A stretch of DNA of 32,000 nt from Halomicrobium mukohataei DSM 12286. Its GTDB lineage: Archaea; Halobacteriota; Halobacteria; Halobacteriales; Haloarculaceae. The stretch is from assembly GCF_000023965.1 (NCBI RefSeq), contig NC_013202.1, positions 2,220,001 to 2,252,000 of the forward strand, in the 5' to 3' direction. The first letter of the stretch is position 1; each line of letters begins with the position of its first letter. The translations under genes and the position numbers were made by a program. Below the pieces are notes generated by a model, which made no database searches, was not told the DNA's origin, and was given only the letters and a program-made list of their open reading frames with translations. Below, in pieces: positions 24,851 to 32,000 of the stretch.

Positions 24851-24931
24851 CAGCTCGTACTGCCCCGTCTCCGTATCGTTCCACGGGACGGAGACGCTCG
24901 CCGGTACGTTCCGACGACCGTCCGTATACTC
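24851..24931. repeat. decayed type B element relic
   Basis: 24881-24929 aligns to 9257-9303 with 39 identities and one 2-nt gap, including ACCGTCCGTAT, CCGGTA and GACGCTC. A residual 9-bp hairpin remains, CGTCTCCGT / ACGGAGACG. Confidence 0.5.
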
Positions 24932-24962
24932 GGGCCAGCGCCTCGGCGGACAGTCCCCGGAG

Positions 24963-26372
24963 TCAGGCCGGACGGATCCGGACCAGTCGATCGTCGTCGT
25001 CGCGCGGGAACGGTCCGTTCGCGCGGCCGTCACGGTTCGACGTGATCGCGTAGAGATCGCCCTCCGGTCCCTGTTCGACGTGGCGGACACGGCCGAGTTC
25101 CTCGCTCAGGAGCCCGCTGGTCCCGGCCCGGTAGTCGGCGTCGTACCACGAGGCATCGTGGCGTCGCTCGTGTCCGTCTGCGGGCTGTGGCCCGTCGGCG
25201 GGCGTGATCGTCGCGGCCGTGACTCGCTGACTGATCAGGCCACCGAACACGAACCGGTTCCGCAGGCTCGGAACGCTCTCGCCGGTGTAGAACACGCCCC
25301 CGGCCGGGGCCCACGACGAGGCGTCCGCGACCGGCGACTGGAACTCGGTCTCTGGGTATCGCTCGTGATCGCCGCTGTTCCGGACCACTGGCCAGCCGTA
25401 GTCGACGCCCGGCCTGAGGACGTTGAGCTCGTCTCCAGCGCCGGGTCCGTGCTCGGTGATTATCGGGGTCCCGTCCGGGAGCCAGTCGATACCCTGGGGG
25501 TTCCGGTGGCCGTAGGTGAACACGCGCGGGTCGGCGTCCGACGTGCTGTCGGGGTTGTCCGGTGGTGGCGACCCGTCGGGCCGAACGCGGAGGACTTTCC
25601 CGGCCAGGGAGGCGGGGTCTCTCGTCTGTTCCGTGTGTTCGAGTCCGGGATCGGCGTCGCCGGTCGTAATCCACAGGTAGTCGGCCGGTCCGAACGCGAT
25701 CCGACCGCCGTTGTGGTAGGTGTCGGCCGGGATCTCGTCGACGACCGGGACGACAGTCTCGTCGGGAGCTGGTGCGCTGGCGTCGAAGGCGACCACCCGA
25801 TTGCGCTTCCCCTCGCTCGTCTCGGCCGTGTAGTAGACGTAGACGACCGGCGGATCCGGATACGACGGGTGGGCGGCGACGCCGAGCAGACCGCCTTCTC
25901 CGCCGGTGAGCCGCCACCGACTCTCGTCGGAGCCCGCCTCGATCGCGGCTGCGTCGATGATGTCGGACGGCTCGGCGACCGTCCGCAGCGTCCCGCTGTC
26001 GAACTCGGTGATACGGCCGGTCCGCTCTGTCACGAACAGCGTGTCTTCGCCCGCAAACGAGAGGTCCCAGGGCACTTCGAGCCCGGTCGCCAGCACCTCC
26101 GCGGTGTACTCCTCTCGGGGCGAGTCGCTCGGCGGTTCCCAGTCGGGATCGTAGCGGTCCCACTCTGTGAGCTCGTGGGTCACCGAGAGATCGTATCCGA
26201 GCGCCGCGGGGCCGGCCGGCGTGTCGGTACCGCCCTCGCTCGTCGTTCGAGTGCCGTCGTTCGGATTCGATCCCGTACAACCGGCGACGAGGCCGACGCC
26301 GACGATCGCACCGCTCCGTCGGAGAAACCGACGGCGACTGATCCCCCTGCTGCTGGCTCGATTGCCACCCAT
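24963..26372 (-). CDS. PQQ-dependent sugar (glucose/sorbosone) dehydrogenase, Tat lipoprotein
   Basis: SRRRFLRRSGAIVGVGLVAGC signal. YHNGGRIAFGP, FTYGHRNPQG and DELNVLRPGVDYGWP are beta-propeller motifs. Confidence 0.9.
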   Translation of the reverse strand: MGGNRASSRGISRRRFLRRSGAIVGVGLVAGCTGSNPNDGTRTTSEGGTDTPAGPAALGYDLSVTHELTEWDRYDPDWEPPSDSPREEYTAEVLATGLEVPWDLSFAGEDTLFVTERTGRITEFDSGTLRTVAEPSDIIDAAAIEAGSDESRWRLTGGEGGLLGVAAHPSYPDPPVVYVYYTAETSEGKRNRVVAFDASAPAPDETVVPVVDEIPADTYHNGGRIAFGPADYLWITTGDADPGLEHTEQTRDPASLAGKVLRVRPDGSPPPDNPDSTSDADPRVFTYGHRNPQGIDWLPDGTPIITEHGPGAGDELNVLRPGVDYGWPVVRNSGDHERYPETEFQSPVADASSWAPAGGVFYTGESVPSLRNRFVFGGLISQRVTAATITPADGPQPADGHERRHDASWYDADYRAGTSGLLSEELGRVRHVEQGPEGDLYAITSNRDGRANGPFPRDDDDRLVRIRPA

Positions 26373-26387
26373 GGACTTTGGCTCTCC

Positions 26388-26448
26388 TAAAAATATATCG
26401 TACTTGCGGTTTCGACCCCGGGAGTCGTACGGGAAAGCTAAAACTTAA
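26388..26448. promoter_or_regulatory. divergent promoter region (AT-rich boxes for the dehydrogenase gene and for tfe)
   Basis: CGATATATTTTTA (minus sense) ends about 15-21 nt from the ATG at 26372. GGGAAAG-CTAAAACTTAA (26431-26448) lies about 27-31 nt before the tfe ATG. Confidence 0.45.
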
Positions 26449-26474
26449 CCGGACGACGGCCCGAAGAGCATACA

Positions 26475-27014
26475 ATGGCTTTTGAGGACCTCCTGGAGGA
26501 TCCTGTGATACAGAAATACCTCCACGAACTCGTCGGACCGAAAGGGATGCCGGTCGCCGCCGCGCCGCCGGACGGCGAAGTGACCGACGAAGAACTCGCC
26601 GAAGAGCTGGGACTGGAGCTCAACGACGTGCGTCGGGCGCTGTTCATTCTCTACGAGAACGACCTGGCGTCGTATCGGCGACTCCGGGACGAAGACTCGG
26701 GGTGGCTCACCTACCTCTGGACGTTCAAGTACGAGAACATCCCGGAGAAGCTCGAAGAGGAGATGCACCGCCTGCTCGACGCGCTCGAAGACCGCGAATC
26801 GTACGAGCGAGACAACGAGTTTTACCTCTGTGAGCGCTGTGGCATCCGCTTCGAGTTCGACGAGGCGATGGAGTTTGGCTTCCAGTGTCCCGAGTGCGGT
26901 GACCAGGTCGAATCGATGGAGAACACGCGACTCGTCGACGCCATGGACGAACGGATCGCGAAGCTCCGCGACGAACTCAACGTCGACCACGAACGAGAGG
27001 ACGCCGAAGCCTGA
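26475..27014 (+). CDS. tfe: transcription factor E (TFIIE-alpha homologue)
   Basis: The N-terminal wHTH (EELAEELGLELNDVRRALFILYENDLASY) plus the Zn ribbon CERCGIRFEFDEAMEFGFQCPECG. Confidence 0.9.
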   Translation: MAFEDLLEDPVIQKYLHELVGPKGMPVAAAPPDGEVTDEELAEELGLELNDVRRALFILYENDLASYRRLRDEDSGWLTYLWTFKYENIPEKLEEEMHRLLDALEDRESYERDNEFYLCERCGIRFEFDEAMEFGFQCPECGDQVESMENTRLVDAMDERIAKLRDELNVDHEREDAEA

Positions 27015-27685
27015 TGGTCGTACTCGCAACGAAGCTGTACGTCGACGGCGACGCTCGCCAGCGTGCGCTCGACTCGCTGACCTCGCTCGTGGGGAACGAA
27101 CTCGCGGATCTGGACGTGGAGTACGACGTGGGGATCCGCGACGACGACTTCCCGAGCGTCACGATCACGGGGCCAGACGAGACGATCGCCCGGAACCTCC
27201 TGGGCGAGGAGTTCGGCGAGATCGTCCCGACCCTCGAAGCCGGCGAGACCTACGTCGGCACGCTCGACTCCTGGGACGACGACGGGTTCGTCCTCGACGT
27301 CGGCCACGGCGACTCCGTCCGGATTCCGGCCGACGAGATCGGACTGGGCCGGGGGAGTCCCGAACAGGTCCGGACCCGCTTCGGACTTGTCCAGCATCTC
27401 CCGCTGGAGTTCGTCAACGACGATCCGCCACGGCTCAGTGACGCCGCCCAGGACGAGCTGTACGAGTGGACCCGAGGCCAGGGCCGCGTCAACGTCAACA
27501 GCGCGACCCGGGCAGAGGTTCGAGCGACCGTCAACCGCGCCGGCCACGCCCAGGACATCGTCACCGTCGAGCGCGTCGGCCTGCTTGAACAGAGTATCGT
27601 CTGCCGTGACGAGACCGATCCGCCGGGGCTGGTGTCCAGCATCGGCCAGTACCTGCCCTCGGAGCTGCTCTGTATCGTCCCATGA
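27014..27685 (+). CDS. DUF2110-like protein (conserved tfe neighbour)
   Basis: The ATG overlaps the tfe stop (TGATG). 223 aa. The family name is from memory of the tfe-adjacent archaeal gene. Confidence 0.7.
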   Translation: MVVLATKLYVDGDARQRALDSLTSLVGNELADLDVEYDVGIRDDDFPSVTITGPDETIARNLLGEEFGEIVPTLEAGETYVGTLDSWDDDGFVLDVGHGDSVRIPADEIGLGRGSPEQVRTRFGLVQHLPLEFVNDDPPRLSDAAQDELYEWTRGQGRVNVNSATRAEVRATVNRAGHAQDIVTVERVGLLEQSIVCRDETDPPGLVSSIGQYLPSELLCIVP

Positions 27686-28455
27686 GGCGTCGGGGTCTCG
27701 TGCTCGCTGCGGTGCTCGCACTCGTCGCCCTGAGTGGCTGTACCTCGCTTCTCGGGCCGGGCGAACCGGACCCCCAGCAGCTCAACGAATCCGCCGACTA
27801 CGACTGGGATTCGAGCGTCAACGCCTCCATCACTCTCGAAAAGAACGCCTCTGCCCACGTGTACGGTACCGAGAACCGCTCGGAGCTACGTGTGTACGAG
27901 CGCGACGCGCTGGGCCAGGAGACCCACCTCGAAATCAGGGCGCTCCAGTACCGATATCCGAACGGGACCGTCGTCACCGCCGACCACTCGGCGCTGTCGG
28001 TGAGCCAGACCCGCGAGCGGACCATCATCGACGTACCCAACGAGACCGCCGGACAGGTCGCGTTCACCGCGCCTCGACAGGGCAAACGCTACTCGACGCC
28101 GGTGTTCGTCGAGGGGGCGACGAACCTCACCCTTCCGCCGGGGGCTCGCGTCGGGGTCCCGCTGCTCTCGCAGGTGAACCCACCGGCCGGCGAGCGATCG
28201 GTGACGGACAACCGGATGACGCTGACCTACGAGAACGTGACCGCCCAGACGATCCGCGTGCGCTACTACCTCCAGCGTGACCTGCTGATCTTCGGCTCGG
28301 TCTTCGGGGGTGGGATCGTCCTGGCGATCGGCGGGAGCGTCTACTACTGGCGACAGATCCAGTCGCTGAAACGAAAGCGCGAGGAGACCGCCATCGACAT
28401 CGACACGGACGGCGACGACTTCGGCGACGACGGGCCGCCGCCGGGCATGCGGTAG
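27682..28455 (+). CDS. lipobox protein with a C-terminal TM anchor and many N-glycosylation sequons
   Basis: The ATG overlaps the upstream stop (ATGA). MRRRGLVLAAVLALVALSGC signal. At least 8 N-x-S/T sequons (NES, NAS x2, NRS, NGT, NET, NLT, NVT). C-terminal helix LLIFGSVFGGGIVLAIGGSVYYW. Confidence 0.75.
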   Translation: MRRRGLVLAAVLALVALSGCTSLLGPGEPDPQQLNESADYDWDSSVNASITLEKNASAHVYGTENRSELRVYERDALGQETHLEIRALQYRYPNGTVVTADHSALSVSQTRERTIIDVPNETAGQVAFTAPRQGKRYSTPVFVEGATNLTLPPGARVGVPLLSQVNPPAGERSVTDNRMTLTYENVTAQTIRVRYYLQRDLLIFGSVFGGGIVLAIGGSVYYWRQIQSLKRKREETAIDIDTDGDDFGDDGPPPGMR

Positions 28456-28501
28456 CCGCGACGACGAGAGGCTTTTACTCGGTGACGACCAACGCCGCGA
28501 C

Positions 28502-29194
28502 ATGCACGTCGCGCTGGTCACGGTCGGCGACGAACTACTCGCTGGCGACACCGTCAACACGAACGCCGCGTGGCTCGGCCGCCAGCTCGCCGACCGCGGA
28601 GTGTCGGTCGAACGGACGACGGTGGTCCCGGATCGGCTGGCGGACATCGCCCGCGTCGTCAACGAGTACCACGCCGAGTACGACGCCGTCGTCGTCACCG
28701 GCGGGCTCGGACCGACACACGACGACAAGACGATCGAGGGCGTCGCCGCCGCCTTCGGCCGTGACGTGGTCGAGAGCGAGGAAGCGCTGTCGTGGCTGGA
28801 AGAACACGGCGGCTACGAGCGTGCCGATCTCACCGACGGCACCGGCCACGTCCCCGAAGGGGCGCGTGTGCTGCCCAACCACGAGGGCGTCGCGCCGGGC
28901 TGTATCGTCGAGAACTGCTACGTACTGCCGGGTGTCCCCGCAGAGATGAAACGGATGTTCGAGGAGATCGAAGACGCGTTCGACGGGGACGGGCGACACG
29001 TCACCGTCGTCGAGACCGACGAACCCGAGAGCGCGCTGCTGGATCGCCTCGCCGCGGTCCAGGAGCGGTTCCCGGTGAAAGTCGGCAGCTACCCTGGCGA
29101 GCGTGTCAGCGTCAAGTTCGAGGGAACCGATCGGGAACTCGTACAGGAAGCGGCGGCGTGGTTCGAAGCGCGGGTCGACTCCGTCGACGACTAG
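28502..29194 (+). CDS. MoCF-biosynthesis (CinA N-terminal-like / molybdopterin-binding) domain protein
   Basis: VALVTVGDELLAGDTVNTNAAWL and VVVTGGLGPTHDDKT motifs. 230 aa. Confidence 0.85.
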   Translation: MHVALVTVGDELLAGDTVNTNAAWLGRQLADRGVSVERTTVVPDRLADIARVVNEYHAEYDAVVVTGGLGPTHDDKTIEGVAAAFGRDVVESEEALSWLEEHGGYERADLTDGTGHVPEGARVLPNHEGVAPGCIVENCYVLPGVPAEMKRMFEEIEDAFDGDGRHVTVVETDEPESALLDRLAAVQERFPVKVGSYPGERVSVKFEGTDRELVQEAAAWFEARVDSVDD

Positions 29195-29307
29195 CGCGCG
29201 AGGAACTTGAGCCAGAGCGCCGTCGCGAGGATCCCGCCGAGCGTGATGACGTAGCCGGCCGCGTCGATGATCCCGGGCTGTACGGTTTCTTGCAGCGGAA
29301 CGAACAT
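29191..29307 (-). CDS. candidate 38-aa single-helix membrane micro-protein (below the ORF-track size cutoff)
   Basis: Own translation gives MFVPLQETVQPGIIDAAGYVITLGGILATALWLKFLAR*. Third positions are almost all G/C. TCTTTGAA (minus sense, about 29333-29343) lies about 26-36 nt upstream. The stop overlaps the convergent CinA-like stop. Confidence 0.35.
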   Translation of the reverse strand: MFVPLQETVQPGIIDAAGYVITLGGILATALWLKFLAR

Positions 29308-29384
29308 ACGACTACGTCCATCGCCCTCCCGCTTCAAAGATTCGTTCCCGGGTGGCTTTTGCGAGTGGCGACCGAACGCGTGGT

Positions 29385-30443
29385 ATGCGCCGAATCGGTG
29401 TCGTCGTCAACCCCATCGCTGGGATGGGTGGGCGGGTCGGACTCAAAGGGACGGACGGCAAGGTCGAAGCGGCTCGCGAGCGGGGGGCCGAGCCCCGCGC
29501 ACCCGAGCGTGCGGCCACCGCGCTGGCCGCACTCCGGGAGTACGGCGACGAGATCGAGGTGCTCACTTGGGGCGAGCCGATGGGTGCCGGGGCGGCTCGG
29601 GACGCGGGGTTCGAGCCGGTCGTGCTCGGGGAGCCAGCGGGCGACGAGACGACGAGGGAGGATACGCGGGCCGCCGTACGTGCCTTCCGCGAGCACGGGG
29701 TCGATCTCGTGTTCTTCGTGGGCGGGGACGGCACCGCTGTCGACGTGGCCGAGGAACTCGGCGAGGAGACGCCGATGCTCGGCGTACCGGCCGGCGTCAA
29801 GGTGTACTCGTCTGTCTTCGGCGTCTCACCGCGTGCGGCCGGCCGTATCGCCGCCCGCTTTACCGACACCGAACGGGCGGAGGTCAACGACATCGACGAG
29901 GACGAGTACCGCCGAGGCGAGGTCGTCACCGAGCTTCGGGCCGTCGTTCGCGTCCCACAGGCAGACGAGCGCCAGTCCGCGAAGCAACTCGGCGGCGGCA
30001 CCGTCGAGACGCTGGCCGAGGCCGTCGCAGAGGAGGCACGATCGGGAGTCACCTACGTCCTCGGACCCGGCAGCACCGTCGGCGCGATCAAGTCCGCGCT
30101 GGGGTTCGACGGCACGACCCTGGGCGTCGACGTGTGGCGAGACGGGGCGGTTCTCGTCAGGGACGGCGGCGAGGCGGAGATCGTCGACGCGCTCGGCGAG
30201 GACAACGTCGTGATCGTCTCGCCCATCGGCGGACAGGGGTTCGTCTTCGGCCGGGGGAACCAACAGCTGTCGCCGGCCGTCATCGAACGCTGTGAGATCG
30301 AGGTCGTCGCATCGCGGGCCAAGCTCGACGACATCGGCGTGTTGCGCGTCGACACCGGCGATCCGGAACTGGACGAGCAGTTGCGGGGCTGGCTCCGGGT
30401 GCGCGTCGGGGCCTTCGAGCGCCGTCTCGTCGAGGTCGCCTGA
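29385..30443 (+). CDS. ATP-NAD kinase family protein
   Basis: Internal ATG at 29385 of track ORF 29352..30443. MRRIGVVVNPIAGMGG and LVFFVGGDGTAVDV (GGDGT motif). Confidence 0.85.
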   Translation: MRRIGVVVNPIAGMGGRVGLKGTDGKVEAARERGAEPRAPERAATALAALREYGDEIEVLTWGEPMGAGAARDAGFEPVVLGEPAGDETTREDTRAAVRAFREHGVDLVFFVGGDGTAVDVAEELGEETPMLGVPAGVKVYSSVFGVSPRAAGRIAARFTDTERAEVNDIDEDEYRRGEVVTELRAVVRVPQADERQSAKQLGGGTVETLAEAVAEEARSGVTYVLGPGSTVGAIKSALGFDGTTLGVDVWRDGAVLVRDGGEAEIVDALGEDNVVIVSPIGGQGFVFGRGNQQLSPAVIERCEIEVVASRAKLDDIGVLRVDTGDPELDEQLRGWLRVRVGAFERRLVEVA

Positions 30444-30451
30444 CGCCGCGA

Positions 30452-30477
30452 CGATCGGTGGATGTTCGTCCACCGAT
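30452..30477 (+). terminator. hairpin directly after the NAD-kinase-like gene stop
   Basis: GATCGGTGGA tgttcg TCCACCGAT (9 bp), starting about 9 nt after the TGA. Followed by AT-rich sequence (CTCAATATTATTATTCG) that probably holds the promoter of the PhoU-like gene. Confidence 0.35.
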
Positions 30478-30566
30478 TCCCGGCAACGAATCTCAATATT
30501 ATTATTCGCGGAATGTATTCGTCCGTATGGACAACATTAAGGTGAGCTGGGACAAGTAAAGGACAT

Positions 30567-31601
30567 ATGGAAACCCGAAAGGTACAGCGGTTGGGCCCTT
30601 CGACGCTCGCGATGACGTTGCCGGCAGAGTGGGCCAGCGCCCACGACGTGGAGAAGGGCGACGAAGTGTCGCTGCGAATCAGCGGCAACGGTGCCCTCAC
30701 CGTGTTGCCCGAATCGGTGCAGGCAGAGGAGTCCGAGGCGATCATCTACGCCGCCAATCTCGACGCCGACGCCGTCGAGCGAGCGATCGTCGCCCAGTAC
30801 GTGCTGGGCCGCCGGATCATCCACATCGACGCTGGCGAGGGCGAGACGCTCCCCTCGGAACACATCAACGCCGTCTACAACGCCGAGACCCAGCTGATGG
30901 GGCTGGGCGTCATCGAGGAACGCCCGGAACGCATCGCCATCCGGTGCTCGGTCGACCCCGAAGACTTCACGCTGAACAACCTCCTCGAACGGCTCGAATC
31001 GACCGGCAGCACCATGCGAAACGAGGCCGTCAAGTCGCTGGCCCACGGCAACCCCGACCTCGCACAGCGCGCACTCAACCGGGAACGCCAGGCCAACAAG
31101 ATCTTCGTGCTCCTCCTTCGGCTCATCTTCACCTCCTACCAGAACCCCAATCTGGCGCGGGCGGTCGGCCTCGACGACGGCTTCCCGCTGATCGGGTACC
31201 GATCGATCGCGAAGAACCTGGAGTTGACTGCCGACAACGCCGAGGACATCGCCGAGATCGCCCTGGAGTCCGACGATCACACGCTCACGGTCGAGTCGTC
31301 GACGATGCGTCGGATCCGCGATTTCACCGATCAGGTCAACGAGATCACGGAGAAAGCGGTGACCGCCACCGTCGAGCGCGACTACGACACCGCAATCGAG
31401 GTCCGCGAGACCTACGCCGAGATCGGCGACCGGGAGACCGAGATTCTTGACGATCTGCCGGAGATGGGCAACGAGTCGCTCCTGCAGGTGCGAGAAGTCC
31501 TCGTGAGCCTCCAGCAGACCGCCGAGTACGCCGTCCGAAACGCCGAAATCGCGACGAACCTCGCGCTCAACGAGGAGTCCGAGCACACCGAGATCAAGTA
31601 A
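30567..31601 (+). CDS. AbrB/SpoVT-domain plus PhoU-domain phosphate uptake regulator
   Basis: RKVQRLGPSTLAMTLPAEWA (AbrB-like swapped hairpin) followed by two PhoU-like helical repeats. 344 aa. Confidence 0.88.
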   Translation: METRKVQRLGPSTLAMTLPAEWASAHDVEKGDEVSLRISGNGALTVLPESVQAEESEAIIYAANLDADAVERAIVAQYVLGRRIIHIDAGEGETLPSEHINAVYNAETQLMGLGVIEERPERIAIRCSVDPEDFTLNNLLERLESTGSTMRNEAVKSLAHGNPDLAQRALNRERQANKIFVLLLRLIFTSYQNPNLARAVGLDDGFPLIGYRSIAKNLELTADNAEDIAEIALESDDHTLTVESSTMRRIRDFTDQVNEITEKAVTATVERDYDTAIEVRETYAEIGDRETEILDDLPEMGNESLLQVREVLVSLQQTAEYAVRNAEIATNLALNEESEHTEIK

Positions 31602-31608
31602 TCGTCCG

Positions 31609-32000
31609 TCAGAGCACGCCGTCGCCGGTCTCGGATCCACCATCGAGGATGCCGTCGTCGGTCTCGGTCGGCGTTGCCGTTGGCGTCGTCTCCGTCCCGG
31701 TGACGGTCGTTTCTGTTACCTCCGAGCCCGTCGGATCGAGTCCGTCGTCGGAGTCTGTTTCTGTGGTTCTGCTATCTGCTCCTGTCGTGGCGCTGTCGTT
31801 CGACGCTGACGCCGGCGTCGCCTCGTCAGTCGTCGCACTCTCGTTTGTCGCCTTGGTGCCGAAGATGTCGGTCTCGATCCGCTGCTCGTAATCGATCGCG
31901 TCGAGATCGATCCTGAACTGTTCCTCGCCCACCTCGACGAGCAGATAGAAGTCGATCCGTAGATCCGTGACCTGGTCCCGATCGATGTGGCTGACCCACC
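31609..32000 (-). CDS. hypothetical protein, C-terminal part, with a Thr/Asp/Glu-rich tail; continues beyond the window end
   Basis: The track ORF starts at a GTG at 31932, but the frame stays open to 32000 (...WVSHIDRDQVTDLRIDFYLLVEVGEEQFRIDLDAIDYEQRIETDIFG...). I therefore treat it as partial. Confidence 0.55.
   Translation of the reverse strand, partial: WVSHIDRDQVTDLRIDFYLLVEVGEEQFRIDLDAIDYEQRIETDIFGTKATNESATTDEATPASASNDSATTGADSRTTETDSDDGLDPTGSEVTETTVTGTETTPTATPTETDDGILDGGSETGDGVL

Noticed and set aside
1-32000. tRNA, rRNA or C/D-box sRNA genes
   Set aside because: I found no GGTTCGAATCC- or GGTTCAAATCC-type T-arm on either strand and no rRNA-like stretch. The only TGATGA boxes seen lie inside coding sequence. 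This was a visual scan only, so a covariance-model search should confirm it.

Overview
The window is visibly GC-rich (about two-thirds G+C by eye, not computed). Its proteins are strongly acidic, and several carry Tat/lipobox signals or a PGF-CTERM anchor. This is almost certainly a chromosomal segment of a haloarchaeon (class Halobacteria). It holds about 40 tightly packed, mostly housekeeping genes, many apparently leaderless with a TATA-like box about 25-30 nt upstream of the start. All gene calls rest on motif recognition by eye; no database search was run.

Genes in order:
- KaiC/RAD55-like protein (partial) and a MinD/ParA ATPase
- pyrB-pyrI
- membrane-anchored TRAM protein, long FKBP-type PPIase, CYTH protein
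- archaeal SAM synthetase, thiI
- a hypothetical protein and a Tat lipoprotein
- cysK, a thioredoxin-fold protein, a TRIC/UPF0126 channel, a small membrane protein
- DUF255/YyaL thioredoxin-domain protein
- a Tat-secreted Cys-rich protein with a long Asp/Gly tract
- purD, a hexapeptide acetyltransferase, an NRDE protein, a wHTH protein
- a three-gene minus-strand cluster: PGF-CTERM surface protein, 2-TM protein, Gly/Met-rich acidic protein
- a membrane protein, a DUF2797-like Zn-ribbon protein, a DsbA lipoprotein
- trm56, a ThuA-like protein, psiE, a PQQ sugar dehydrogenase
- tfe-DUF2110-lipoprotein (overlapping starts), a CinA-like MoCF protein, an ATP-NAD-kinase-like protein, an AbrB-PhoU regulator
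- a partial Thr/Asp-rich protein at the window end

I saw no rRNA, tRNA, CRISPR array, transposase or recognisable defence genes.

The unexpected content is non-coding. There is a family of 77-85 nt near-perfect palindromic (hairpin) elements sitting directly on TGA stop codons.
- Two inverted copies (73/85 identical, with substitutions paired across the stem) bracket cysK.
- One of those copies is inserted, with TGA on both sides, inside a second type of palindromic element. An uninterrupted copy of that second type lies at 3073-3156, so the window supplies its own empty site.
- A third type (77 nt, also TGA-flanked) follows the Cys-rich gene. It has a 23-nt exact partial copy and several short or decayed relatives elsewhere in the window.

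Together these look like a non-autonomous mobile palindrome family, comparable to MITE, REPIN or Correia elements, that targets or survives at stop codons.
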